Below the pieces are notes generated by a model, which saw only the letters and a list, made by a program, of their open reading frames with translations, did no database searches and was not told the DNA's origin. Both the position numbers and the translations under genes were made by a program. From assembly GCA_937625935.1 (NCBI GenBank), contig OW569394.1, positions 263,524 through 327,523 on the forward strand: DNA of 64,000 bases. The letters are read 5' to 3'. Source of the DNA: Tetramitus jugosus. Lineage: Eukaryota; Protista; Heterolobosea. Shown piece after piece: positions 21,879-34,477 of the stretch. Numbering within the stretch: the stretch's first letter is position 1; each line of letters begins with the position of its first letter.

Positions 21879-24674
21879 ATGTCTTCCAATAAAGTGAAAA
21901 AAGCTATTTATGGAGAGAGCACAGAGATGGATCCATCAGCATACGACTACCTCTATGCTACAACAGGTGTTGTTGACCCACAACAACAACAACAACAACA
22001 AGAATATCTCAGAGCTGCAGCTTATGCCTATCATCAACAACAACAGGAAACTGACCCTAACACGGCCAGTATGGATGCTGCGACTCAACAATACATGATT
22101 GATGCAGCAGCAGTTGCAGCAGCAACCAATGGTGGTGGATCAACAGTCGCATCATCATCATCATCAACAGCAGTATCATCAGCTGAAGACGATGTAAAGT
22201 TATTTGATGGTTTTTCATTTGCTATGGCGTATCAGCCTCAAGATGCTGAAAATATTTGGAAAATGGAAGATTTGAAAAAAAAAGTGACCATTAACGAAGG
22301 AACGTTTCATGATCAATTGGACGACAAGGTGAACATTATTCTAGTGTTGGGAGATCATGTCGTTGACACGAATCGTATCAATCATGCAGTCAAATTTAGC
22401 ATACCTGTTGTAAGTGAACAGTATGTGCATGATTGTGTCAATTGTAATACGAGATTGGATTGGAATCAGTATGTGGTGATGCCTATGCAATCTGCACTTC
22501 CATTTATGCAAGGTACAGATGGTTCTTCTGTGGAAGATCACATGAGTGCTGCTGCTGTTGCTGCTGCGAGCATGTCTGTGGCTGCTGCGGCCGCTGCTGC
22601 TGCCAATTCAAGTCACCATCATCATCAACAACAGCAGCATCATCATCATCAACAGCAGCACTCGAATCATCCAAGTAGTGTCAGTTCTATGCGTCATCAT
22701 CATGCCAACAGTGCATCATCATCGTCCAGTGGTTCATCCTCTTCTGCCGGTATCATTTCAACTACACCGAATCATGGTTATGGTGGAATGATGGGTACTG
22801 GTAGTGCTAGCACTGGTGGCTCAAAACCACCCAATGCAAAAGCCAATTTTCAACTCAAAATGTACCTCAAGGGCAGCAGGCAATCCATGTTTAACGATTT
22901 ATTCCCAGAAGTGTTGTACACGTTGACATGGAAACACAAGTATGATGTACAGATTAAGGCAACGGACAAGATTTTTGAAGGAAGATCCCAGAGCAAAATC
23001 ATGGATAGTCTCGAAGTTGCTCTCGTTCTGAGTCAAACCAACGAAATTCCAGTGTACGACGAAGAGGAGAAGAAACGAAAGAGGAAACGTTCCAAATCCG
23101 ATGAATTGGATCAAGATGGCAGCAGTCCGTATGACAATGGTTATGGCGGAATGGGTATTCCGGGCCTTCAACAACAAGGTTACGGTATGCCTGCTGGCTT
23201 CACCGGCATACCTACTTCTGCTGTCGGTCGAGTCGGTACCGGATCGGCAAATGCTAGAAACTCCAAGAAGCGACCTGCGAGCAGCAAAAATTCAAATGAA
23301 ACTGTTTGTGTCAGCAGTTTGCACAAGAGTGGAGATGATGAGATTGTGATTCGATTTGGTGTCAATTCTACTTTTTGTAGCAAGCGGTTTAATTATGGTG
23401 CTTTCAAGCTCTACATCAATTATGCGCCACCTGATGTCAGTGAAGATTTTCACTTTACGATTTATAGTGCAGAGTTTAAGACTTTTGTGAAGAAGAATGC
23501 CAATATTGCAAAGTATCTACATTCGCCACATCCACTGAGCGGTGTCATCACAGTCGTCACAAAGACAATGACCCAAAAGATTAAGGTTGAGTATGCAAAG
23601 TACATGACGGCTGATGTGAGTGTTACCGAAGCATCGTCTGTCGGTGGTGGTGCAGCATTGACACAAGCCAAGAAACGACAGAGAAAGATTAAGAAGCCAA
23701 ACAAGAAGGGAGACGCAGAGGAGTCCACAGAAATGGACGCACAGATGCAAGCATACTCTCAACAGTACTCGGCTCAATTAGCGATGCAAAATTCAATGGG
23801 CTTCGATCCAAACTATATGGGATTCCAGTACATGCAAATGAACATGATGAATCCGATGACAGCTGCTCAGTATTCACATCTCGCCAGTGCATACATGGGT
23901 GCTGCTCTGTCGCCTGAGAGTGTACCAGAGACGCCACAATCCGCAGCTGCAGCTGCTGCATCCAGCTCAAACGCTGCTGCATCTAGCTTGGTGGCTGCTG
24001 AGAAGTATCAATGGTATGGTGATCCAGTTGGAGTCAATGTGAATGGTGATGTGTTCTATTATACATTCTCAATGGGAGATGAAGTGTACAAGATTGGAGA
24101 ATATGTTTTCCTGAGCCCTACGACAGAAGATGGAAGAGAATGTGAGCCTCCAGTCGAGAACGGAAGTGAAGATTGGGACAGACTATGGATTTGTAAGATT
24201 ATTAATCTGGTTCACACAAAGATGGAGGGAATGAAGATGATTGGACAATGGTTCTATCGCTCAAGCGATCTCCCTGATAGTTCAATGGGTGTGAAGCATG
24301 CAAACGAATTGTTTGTTTCGTTTGATATCAACTACAATCAATTGAATTCAATCAGAGGAAAATGTCAAGTGCGGCATTGTACCGAGCCAGACAGCGAAGA
24401 GAATAGAAAGTACACGACAGATAATCCTCAAAAGCACTTTTTCTTCCGTTCTGGGTTCAACAGACTGAGAGCAGAGGTGTTTGAACTGAGTGAATCGATA
24501 CTACAACTCTTGAAGGGTAAACCAGACGGTGAAGAGACCTTCCAGGACATTGAGGACGCTCTTGGATTGCACAGTGCGATTGTAGCTCACATGGAACAAC
24601 AAGCCATGGCCTATTCCATGCAAGTCTACGAGGCTCATGGAATGGCAGCAGAAGATGTCGCACAAGAAGAATAA
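21879..24674 (+). CDS. Nuclear protein with N-terminal BRCT, low-complexity Q/H/A tracts, NLS and C-terminal BAH domain
   Basis: BRCT-like (A..FSIPVVSEQYVHDC); BAH (YKIGEYVFL...WICKI...GQWFYR..D...NELF.S...SIRGKCQV). Confidence 0.75.
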   Translation: MSSNKVKKAIYGESTEMDPSAYDYLYATTGVVDPQQQQQQQEYLRAAAYAYHQQQQETDPNTASMDAATQQYMIDAAAVAAATNGGGSTVASSSSSTAVSSAEDDVKLFDGFSFAMAYQPQDAENIWKMEDLKKKVTINEGTFHDQLDDKVNIILVLGDHVVDTNRINHAVKFSIPVVSEQYVHDCVNCNTRLDWNQYVVMPMQSALPFMQGTDGSSVEDHMSAAAVAAASMSVAAAAAAAANSSHHHHQQQQHHHHQQQHSNHPSSVSSMRHHHANSASSSSSGSSSSAGIISTTPNHGYGGMMGTGSASTGGSKPPNAKANFQLKMYLKGSRQSMFNDLFPEVLYTLTWKHKYDVQIKATDKIFEGRSQSKIMDSLEVALVLSQTNEIPVYDEEEKKRKRKRSKSDELDQDGSSPYDNGYGGMGIPGLQQQGYGMPAGFTGIPTSAVGRVGTGSANARNSKKRPASSKNSNETVCVSSLHKSGDDEIVIRFGVNSTFCSKRFNYGAFKLYINYAPPDVSEDFHFTIYSAEFKTFVKKNANIAKYLHSPHPLSGVITVVTKTMTQKIKVEYAKYMTADVSVTEASSVGGGAALTQAKKRQRKIKKPNKKGDAEESTEMDAQMQAYSQQYSAQLAMQNSMGFDPNYMGFQYMQMNMMNPMTAAQYSHLASAYMGAALSPESVPETPQSAAAAAASSSNAAASSLVAAEKYQWYGDPVGVNVNGDVFYYTFSMGDEVYKIGEYVFLSPTTEDGRECEPPVENGSEDWDRLWICKIINLVHTKMEGMKMIGQWFYRSSDLPDSSMGVKHANELFVSFDINYNQLNSIRGKCQVRHCTEPDSEENRKYTTDNPQKHFFFRSGFNRLRAEVFELSESILQLLKGKPDGEETFQDIEDALGLHSAIVAHMEQQAMAYSMQVYEAHGMAAEDVAQEE

Positions 24675-24705
24675 AATGTGTAACGCTTTTCCACCACCAA
24701 AAATA

Positions 24706-24741
24706 TTGGCGCCATAATTAGGGAGCCAAATCTTTGGCGCC
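24706..24741 (+). promoter_or_regulatory. Two E2F-like sites (TTGGCGCC, TTTGGCGCC) upstream of the kinesin
   Basis: Match to the TTTSSCGC consensus within about 120 nt of the ATG. Confidence 0.35.
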
Positions 24742-24823
24742 ATTTTGTCAAAATTTTTAGCTGTTAAGAAAGAGCAAAGAACAAAGGAAGGAAAACGAGA
24801 ACAACACACAAACAACAACTAGA

Positions 24824-27800
24824 ATGGAAGGTAAAGTGACAGTACATACTCATTCTTCCAATTCCATGTTTAATTGACACAATCTCTTTTTGTTGTTATG
24901 ATATGAACTTCTATTCTTTGTTGGTTGTTTAATGCACTTTGCACAGACTTTTTAGAAGATAAATCCGGTGTAAGCGTAGTCGTACGTATTCGACCTCCAA
25001 ACCAAAAAGAGTTGCGTCACACTGAGGCCTATCGGTGCGTCAGAGTTCAACCTTTTAGCAATGATCGAACATTAATTGTTGAAACATCGCCACCTACTCC
25101 CTTTACGTTTGATCATGTGGCAGGACCTGCTTCGACTCAACGAGAAATGTACGAGAGATGTGCCTTACCCATTGTTGAGAGTTGCTTAGACGGTTACAAT
25201 GGAAGCATTTTTTGTTATGGTCAAACAGGAGCAGGAAAAACTTTTACAATGATTGGTCCAGATTTGCACACGACGAATGAGTACAGAGGATTGATACCAC
25301 GTATCATGGATGGTCTCTTCTTTTCGATTGAACAAAGAAAATTAAGGGCTCATTTTGAAGCTTCTCTCCAAGTTTCCTTTTTGGAGATTTACAATGAAAA
25401 AATTACGGATTTGTTGTTGGAGTCGGAGATTGGTATGCCATTGTTCAATCAACCATTTGTACAAAAGAGCTTGCAGTTGCGTGAAGACGCAAAACAAGGA
25501 GTGTATGTCGAAGATTTGTCTCATCATGCGATACACAATGCATCTCAGGGCATGCAATGTCTAAAGAATGGTCTGGCAAACAGACATGTGAGTGCAACAA
25601 AGATGAATGAACAAAGTTCTCGGTCTCATTCAGTGTTTACTATTACTATCAAGAGTAAGTTGCATGAGGAGAGTGGTGTTGTGAGAATCAAGACCAGTTA
25701 TCTGCATTTGATTGATTTGGCAGGTAGTGAAAGACAACAAAGTACTCAGACAGAAGGTGATCGCTTGGCAGAAGCATGTAGCATTAACAAGAGTTTAAGT
25801 ATTCTTGGTAGTGTTATTAACAGTCTTGTGGAGAAAACAAAGAAAAAATCAAGGCACATTCCATACAGAGATTCAAAGCTCACCTATTTATTGAGAGACT
25901 CGTTGGGTGGAAATTCTAAAACTTGCATTGTTGCAAATATTTCTGCTTCTTCTGTGCAGTTGACTGAAACTATCAGTACTCTTCGCTTTGCTCGAAGGGC
26001 AAAATGTATCAAAAATAGACCTGTTATTAATGAGAGTGATGAAGGATCTGTGCCAGCATTGCAACAACAAATTTTGGAACTTCGAAAGCAAATTGAAGAT
26101 ATGCAGTATTCTGGTGTTGCTATGGAGTCTCAACATTCACAAAGGGATTCGAACATTCAGCCAACATCATCTGGATCTGACTTTGATGACAACGAAAAAC
26201 AAGAGTACGAAAGTCGCGTTGGTCTTTTGATGCAAAGAATTGAGCAAGCTGAGGAGATTCAGGATCATTTATATAATCAAGTCGAGCAATTCGCCAGTGT
26301 TATCAAGGGAAAAGACATGTTGTTGAACGCGACTAGATTATCACTAAAGTTGAAGGAGTGTGAATTAGCAAAGAAGGAGATGCGCGAGCCTCGCATTGGA
26401 AGGTCATTACTGAATATTGATTATCTCGATGAGTTGGATTTTGATGATTCGTCTGATGATGAGATGGATGAGGACGAAATGGGCGAACCAATTATCAGAC
26501 CTCCTTTGAGCGATGTGGACAAGTTGGAAAGATTGATGAAGAAAATTTGGCATCCAGATCGTCATCCAACTGTTATCACATTTGCAATGGAAAACCACGA
26601 GTTGAGGGAGAGGTTGCAAAAGTTTGAGATGGGTCGTGAGTCCTTGGAACAAGAACGAGTCGGTCTCGCACAGAGAACTGATGCGTACTTGAGAGAACTG
26701 CAACGACAAATTGTTCAGTTGGTCAGAGAGAGGCAGCAGAAGAGTGATGAAGAGGAGGAACGAGTTGTAGATGATGAACAGCTGCTTCAACTGAACACGC
26801 AAGTTGATCTATTAACGCAAGAGAACTCTGAGTTGAAGGTTATTATTGATACTATGAATAGTGATCGAGAACAAATGATTTCCTTGCCAGAAGTAGAAGC
26901 TATTATGAATCAATTAGATGCAATTAGAAAGGAGCGAGATGAACTAACCATCGAACGAAGTGACATTTTAACTCAATCAGAAAACTTGACAGCTCAAATC
27001 ACAAATTTAACCACAAAGATTTCAGGGCTAGAACATGAAAAATCTGAGATGGAGAAGCAATTGAACCAGCTTAGACTCGCAGCTCGCGAATTTGAGGATA
27101 AGCACCACATTGAAATGTCTGCCGCTTGTCAAAGAAGTGATATTTTGTCCTCACAGGTTGAAAAGTGGAAGAAGGAATACGAGCTGGAGCAGGATACTTG
27201 CTCAACTCTAAAAACCAAAGTTGAGGATCTTGCGGGAGCTATCAATCAACTAAAGAAGGAGATGAGAGCAATGAAGGACGAAGAGGATGAATGGAGACAG
27301 AATGAAGCTCTGAAGAATCATGAGATCAACGTACTGACCGAACAATTAAGTGATGCTTTGAATTTGGTTGAAGATATGAAGCACAAATTTGGCCTAGAGG
27401 AGAGACGTCGGAAGAGTATCGAGAGACAAGTAGCGAGCGAGCACAATTTAGAAAATGCTATCGAGATGGAGAGAGCAATAAGAATCAAGATTGACGAACA
27501 ACTTGAAGCTGTACAGAAGGAGAATGAGAGATTGTATGCTGTTGTACAAGCCAGTCAACATGAAACTGATTCGTTGAGACACGAGTTAGCCAAGCTTCAA
27601 GCGTCTCACAATGAGGATGAAATTTCCATGGCCGGATTGAACAGTAGAATCCAACAACTGGAATCACAGGAGACTCAGCTAACTGAGTTAAACAAGATTC
27701 TTGTGACTGAAAGAGATGAATTGATCGAGAGAGTGACCACAATGAAATCAGAGCTATCAAAGCTCTCATACATGTTGTCTTCAAAGACGACAGAATTTGA

Positions 27801-28440
27801 AGAAACTTGCAACCACCAACAAACAACGATTAACAAATTAATGTCACAAGTTCAAGAATTCGAATCAGTATGTGCCAATCATCATGAACAAGAGAGTCAG
27901 TTCAATATACAGAAGAGTTCAATGATGGAGACGATTCAAGATCAGAGCAATCAACTCCAACAGTTGACCGGTCAACTAAGTCAATCTCAGGAAGCAAACT
28001 CCCAGTTGGATAGACAAATAGAGGAGTTGCTCACACACAAGAATCCAAAGCAAAAGATTCACATGATCAATAAGATTATACAGAGCAATCATGACTTGAA
28101 AGAAAAGGTGAAATATATGGAGCAACAGCTATTGACTAAGCAAGTTCACAACAAGGAGAATGAGGATACATTGGCTTCAACACCAAAGAATCAACTAGGC
28201 AGGACAAACTTGTCTGTGTTGAATGTTTCCCTAACAAGCAATAATGGTTCTACGTCCGATGAAGCATTACAAGTCGCTCGGATAGAAGAAGTGCTAAAGA
28301 ATGTGTTGCGGCTGTACAATGGCAAGCGGAGGAAGAACGATCCAGCAAGAAAAACAACTCCATACTGTCGAGTGATGGAAATGCTGGAAGTGCTGGAAGA
28401 AGAGGCTTCGAATCGAGGTACGAGAGGATCAACCCGATAA
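24824..28440 (+). CDS. KIF15: Kinesin-12 / KIF15-like motor; 2 exons
   Basis: GQTGAGKT, NEQSSRSH, DLAGSE, HIPYRDSKLTYLLRDSLGGNSKT; long coiled coil; HMMR_C-like LTHKNPKQKI. ATG at 24824 with intron 24831-24946. Confidence 0.85.
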
Positions 28441-29068
28441 AGCTTTGAATTGCGTAATAAACAGACCTTCACGATTAATAATCGACACGAACTTAGCTGA
28501 TTTGTTGACAACTTCGCAGTTCCTCGTGAATATGTTGCCAGTCTAACTGAGCATTGATTCTCCCACAGCTCTTGATACCATACTGACATCAAACCCAATA
28601 GTTACTGTAGTGAGGAAAGGCATTGTTTTTTGTATTTGTTGGAGTAGTCAACCACTTTGGTGTTTATGTTGATACCCACTGTTACAAACTAAAATGACCA
28701 TACACAATGGAAGACACAATGACAGTTCAATATTAACTTTAATGTCTTTACTATCTATAGCTGAGGGGCAAACTTAATGATTAAGAACCGCTCAAAGTTA
28801 GCATCTGAGTCATGAGAAAGTGTGATCCCCGTTGTTGTGACTGTCTCTTGATTAAAGCGTAGACCAAATGCACATGGATACACCAGCATGCATGTTGTTG
28901 TTGATCCCTTTTCTGAGTTTGTGCTTTTAACTGGGAGGATATGAGTTCTTTCCGGGAATTACCCAAGGATTTAAGGTCCGAACTAGTAGTTCATCACGGT
29001 CGAAGTAAAAGATTTGCCTTATTGTTGCCTCTTCCTTACTGTGTCTTCAAATAATGATGTCCATCCTT

Positions 29069-30050
29069 TCATAACGAGCTTAATGGACTGTCGCACGTCT
29101 TGTTTTTATATATCTTCATTACTGTATCATACAAGGAACTGCTTTCTGGCATGTATGAAAGAAATATGGAATCATCCTTCTTCCTCTGTTCATAGAAGTG
29201 TACCATGTAACTTTGAGGTAAAACAATAGGCTGAAGGCAATATTCCCGTCTAAGTCGATCATAACATATTACTTTGTTGCGCCCGCGATTGTAAAACCTT
29301 TCATCACATAAAACTCCATTCTCAGATCGATCAATGTATGTACTTCGAGAAAAGAAAGCATATGGTTCATAATATTGTTCGTGGCCAACACTGTATGCAG
29401 TCGTGGTATCCCTCCACGTTGGATAATCGGTTGTTTGGTGACCTGGTTTCCAACTTGAGAAATGAAATGGATCAATGACACTCTGACTCCAAGCAATTAG
29501 AAGATCATTCTTGCTCTTTGGTATTCCATAGTTGCATTGAGTTCTCATCCTCTTTGCCATGACTGAATCACAGTCACCATCGGTCTTGAGATCATCAAAC
29601 TCGAACGCTGGCACCACGAACATGAGTTGCTCTTGTTGTTGTTCAGTCAGGTTCAATCTTGTAATAGATTTAGATTCCAGTGTGCTTTTCAAATCTGCAA
29701 TCACTTCATTTGAGAAAATAAAGTCCATATCGTGAATCATGACCCAATTGGCACGAGAAAACATTAAACCAATGTTTCTCAGCACATAATCGGATAAGGA
29801 AGAAATTGATGCTTGTAAACCAAATGAATCAATATGTTGTTAATGCACCACAGTGCATCCTCGCAAACATTCACATCTCTGTAAATTTGGTCATTCTTCT
29901 TGTCATAATGTTTGTTGTTTGGAAAAGTTGGGATTGTTCGCGCGAATAGATTCCTGTGACATAGCTGGACCGGTATAAAATCGGGTCTCCCAAGTTATAC
30001 AAAGTAATATGTCACTGGTTGTCCCTACAGCCTGGTTCTGTCTACAGAAA
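29069..30050 (-). pseudogene. GT49 (LARGE/B4GAT1-like) glycosyltransferase, frameshifted at the 5' end
   Basis: LRN..., HDMDF (DxD), FVVPAFE, YEPY, DERF..RGRNK. The expected YPINxLRN is broken by an apparent 1-nt deletion near 29790, and the upstream part is fragmented. Confidence 0.65.
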
Positions 30051-30444
30051 ACTGAATCGATGCAATCGATGCAGAAATTCAAATGAGATAGAGCAACAAG
30101 GCCTTTTCTTTGATTCGTTGGCGTTTGTTGCAGGCATGAGATGTGGATAGGACACCGGTATTGAGATCTTGAGACATGACGGAACGCACAGGAGATTGGT
30201 TTCCGAGATTCACACGAAGATCTCAAATACCGGTGGACACGATGCACAAATTGAAGTTTCGTTTTCTCAGATCAGACATGTCGAATTCTTGAGCTCAAAA
30301 AATATGGCAGCTTTACATCGGGCGTTGGCCTAAAATAGCAAAGTACCTGTCCTTTGAAGGGTGCCAACGTGCCTCTATCTAACTTGGCTCAGTCATAGGT
30401 CATTGCATCATGGTTGATCAACGATTTTGAATTGACAAAAGTAA

Positions 30445-33033
30445 ATGACAACGACAATCACTATCATGGAGAACCGACCCAATGGTCCTTCTTCTGCTTC
30501 TCCGTTCAACCAAATGAGCAAACGAACGCCCACATGGCATCTCATCAAATCTCTGGTTGTTCTCATTGTGTTAGCTCTAACAGTGTTTTCACTTTATTGG
30601 AAACAAACGAGGACGTCCAGGTCCAATTTTCTCACAAAGGCATCCATTAGCTCAAGAAGGAACATGAATTATCATGATTCTGTCTGGTCTATAGGCACAA
30701 ACAACAAGACTGGAACACACAAGCAACGAGAACGATTTTTTGAAGCATCTGTAGCAACAACAAGTGCAGATGCAGACAATGGAGGAGGTGAAGATGATGG
30801 AAACTCAAAAATTTGCCACAAAGTTGCTGTTTATAAGGGGTCAAAGTGCAAATTTGTGAGGAAGAATTGCCCACAGCCATTGGCTGGTGGATTGATCAAT
30901 TATTTGCACCTTCGATATTGTGGATTTGACAAAGTTCCCTTTTTCTTCTTTGCTTGTGGTGTATGTAAGATTTATGTTGCTCTACAAAATCATTTTACTT
31001 GAAGAAGATTAACTCACTAGTTTTTTGTAATGTGTCTGGTACATTGGTGGACACACACGCGACTGTAGTTTTTCTGGATTCTACTCTTATTTTACTTGTT
31101 GTCAGATACGGCAGAGACGTACTTTTGTCCTTCGTTGACTCAGATTTCTAGTTACTTGAAATTGTCGCCGAATGTAGCTGGTGTAACTTTCCTGGCTCTA
31201 GGTAATGGTGCACCTGATATTGCAAGTATCGTGGCAGGTGTTTTGTCAGGAAGTACTGGTTTTGGTGTGGGTGAGCCGATTGGTGCTGGACTGTTTGTTA
31301 CGACCTGGGTCATGGCAACTGTCACGCTGTGTAGTGATGTAAAGGTGGATGGAGCACCCTTTTTGAGGGATATCGGAACGTACTTGTTAAGTGTGGTGTT
31401 CGTGTTGAGTGTTTGTGTTCGGCAGGGCGAGATTCGATTGTGGAACGCGCTTACTTGCTTGTCCATTTACATTGTCTATGTTTCGGTGGTTGTGGTCGGT
31501 AGAGCTATCCACGTGGGAATCAAGTCACGCAAACTAGCAAAGGAGAAGAAGTTGATTGAGTTGCAGAAGAAGGGTTCTTTTTCATCACCACCAAAGGCCG
31601 GTACGACATCCGCCTATGATCGTGCTGATTCCAAGACTTCTCTGTTGGACAACATTGAATTGTCTGGTGATAAGGAAAGCTCCATCTACTATGTATCAGT
31701 GAGTGAGGAGTATGACGCCGAGATTGAAACCAAGTGGACCAAGGAACCTGTTTTGATTCATTATGTAGAACAGGAGGAACATGTGAACCATTCGAATACC
31801 TCAATGAACAATAGTAAGAAGAATGAAAACTCTTCCTATGAACTAGAATCAGAGAAATTTGTTGAGGAGGTTACGATTATTGACACTTCATCCGATGATA
31901 GTGATTCAGAAGAGGATGAGGCATCACCTACACAGATTGCATCACTGCACCGGAATGATCAATTCCATAAATGGGGCAACCTGAAGGTCCAAAACATTCA
32001 CAATCGACAACAATTTGCTCGCAGTTTGAAACGTCGACACGGCAGTGGATTCTTCTTTCCAAAGGTTCTACTCAACTCCAATCATCTTGATTCGCCAACT
32101 ATTTCTCATGAGGATGAGTTAGTACGAACCAAAGCATTCATTTTTGAGGATCACTTTGACATGAGCAATAGCACGATAGAGGAAGATGAAGGAGGCAACT
32201 GTATTGAAACAGAGGACGGTTATGTTCAACAGTTCTCGCATTGGATCGAATGGGATGAGAAGAGTTGGTTCGATCGACTCTTCTACCTTCTTGTCTCACC
32301 AACAATTCTCGCACGTAACTTGACCATTCCCCAAGCTGATCCAGTCTGTTGGAGCAAGGTTTTTGCCGTGTTGTGTCCATTGTTCATGGGACCTTTTATT
32401 TTGTTTGCCACAGGAGGATTGAATGTCAAGCTTGGTCATGCACGGGTGTTTCCTCTCTGGACTCTCATTCTGATCATCACTGTATTTATCAGTATCTTGA
32501 TTATGTTGACGACTTCACGATCGAAACCGCCACTCTATCACTTTATTTTCGTGTTCACTGCATTTGCAAGTAGTGTCATTTGGATTTATTTGGTTGCCAA
32601 CGAACTGGTTGCCATCTTGCAAAGTTGTGGTATTATGTGGCAAATTAGTGATGGTATTTTAGCGATCACTGTTTTGGCTTGGGGTAACTCATTAGGTGAC
32701 ATGGTTGCAAATGTTGTCGTTGCCAGACAAGGATACCCAGAAATGGCTATTGGAGCTTGTTACGGCGGCCCGTGCCTGAATTTGTTGATCGGTTTAGGAT
32801 TGAGTATGACAGCTCATTGTATCAAGTTTGGGTCGTTCCCAGTGGTTTTGGAACCCAATGTGTTAATGTCATTTATCTTTCTTCTCGCTAGCATTCTCGC
32901 AGCATTGTTGGTCGTGCCTGTGAATGGATTCCGAGTACCAAAGGCATTCGGTGTCTTTTTACTCAGTATCTACGGTATCTTCATGGTGATGAGCATTATG
33001 ATAGAGAGTGGTTTGATATTCAGACAAGTGTAA
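30445..33033 (+). CDS. Cation/Ca2+ exchanger (CCX/NCLX-type); 2 exons
   Basis: Alpha-1 repeat AGVTFLALGNGAPD and alpha-2 repeat TVLAWGNSLGD...GGP.LN. Intron 30961-31068 joins the two ORFs in frame. Confidence 0.88.
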
Positions 33034-33113
33034 CTAACTCCAAAAATCTGTTCAGTTCTGTGGATGAATAATTTATACATATATATACATATTTACAAGT
33101 CAGAGTTAATTTT

Positions 33114-34477
33114 TTAGGCAGGAAGAGCTTTCCACATGTTTGATTCAAATCCAACTTCATTGTTTCCTCTACTGATCCAGAAGAATCCGTTGATACCAAA
33201 GCCTGTTCCCCATTGGTTAGCAACAATCCAATAGAGTTGATTACCAGTTACTCCCCAACCGACGACACGAACTGCATGTCCTCCCACATAGGAACCAGAA
33301 GTATGCTTGTAAACTCCAGAAGTATAATAGAAAAAGTCCTGATAAACTGCGAAGGCTGCTTGGATGGGTCCATACTGTAGAATTTCGTTCTGAATTGAAG
33401 GGATATTGTTTCCATTCAATTGTAGTGCACCTGTAGCCTTGTAGAGGACCAATGGAGAATTATTTGCGCATTTGGTTGGACAGACTCCATTTGTACCAGA
33501 ATATGGAACGCAAGTACTGGTAGGATCTCCTTTAGTTGAAAGGAAGCTCCATGTTTTGTCAAGATATCCGCCACTACAACCAGAATTGGCAGTATCGCAC
33601 GATACTTGATATTGTGGGGATAATGACAAAACAGCTCCCAAGTTTTTGTTGATGCAATATCTATCGCCAAGCACTTGAGCAGCACTGAATGCCCAACATG
33701 ATCCACAGCCTCCTTGATTTCCAATTGGATTAATACAGCCTGGCCATTTGTTGAGAGCATTAAAGCTGGTAGGAATTCCTGGGCAAGTACCTTTTGGTTT
33801 GAGAACATCATTACAGCAGTCGTATGCATTTGGGAGATAGCATCCATATCCACAGCGAAGGTGACCCAATGGGCAGAGGAAGAAGCCACCCAAGCACACA
33901 TGAGTTTGTGGGTTGTAACAAGTACTTGCGCAACCCTTATCTGCAGATGGACATGCTGGACACGCTTGGATATTCTTTGTCTCATGTACACTACGAACTA
34001 CAGGTTGAGATGGCAGGAGTGTTGCAGCTAAAACTTTGACATCATTCAAAGTTTTTCCAGCAAAACTAGGATTGGCTCCTGCAACCCAACTGGCTTGAAT
34101 CGAGTTCAAAGTCTTAATAATTGTTGTATCACTCAATGACGAAGTTGAATTGAACAAAGTATCCAGTTTTACAATCTGTCCAGAGCTGCTACAATAGTAT
34201 GCATTTGAGTCATAGCATTTTCCATTACATCCTGCAAAATGACCATGGGCTTGTATGTGTCTGGCTTGCAAGCATGAGTAGTTGGGTTGTAACAAGCAGA
34301 CGCAGGTCCCACAAGATTGTTTAAACAGCAAGAATCACCAGTTGGACATGTTTGATTGCCACAAGTTGCTTCCACTCTTCTTCCTCTCTTGATAATCTTG
34401 ACTCTAAGTGCATCAAGAGTACTAACCAGAACAGCAAGTGTAACAACTATTGCAATTATGTAAGTTGTGTATTTCAT
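33114..34477 (-). CDS. Secreted cathepsin B-like cysteine protease (C1A) with Cys-rich (CBM52-like) repeats; frameshift near 34245
   Basis: QGGCGSCWAF, GGHAV, ANQWG catalytic motifs. Signal peptide MKYTTYIIAIVV (ATG 34477) is in a different frame from the protease ORF, and no plausible intron repairs it. Confidence 0.75.
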
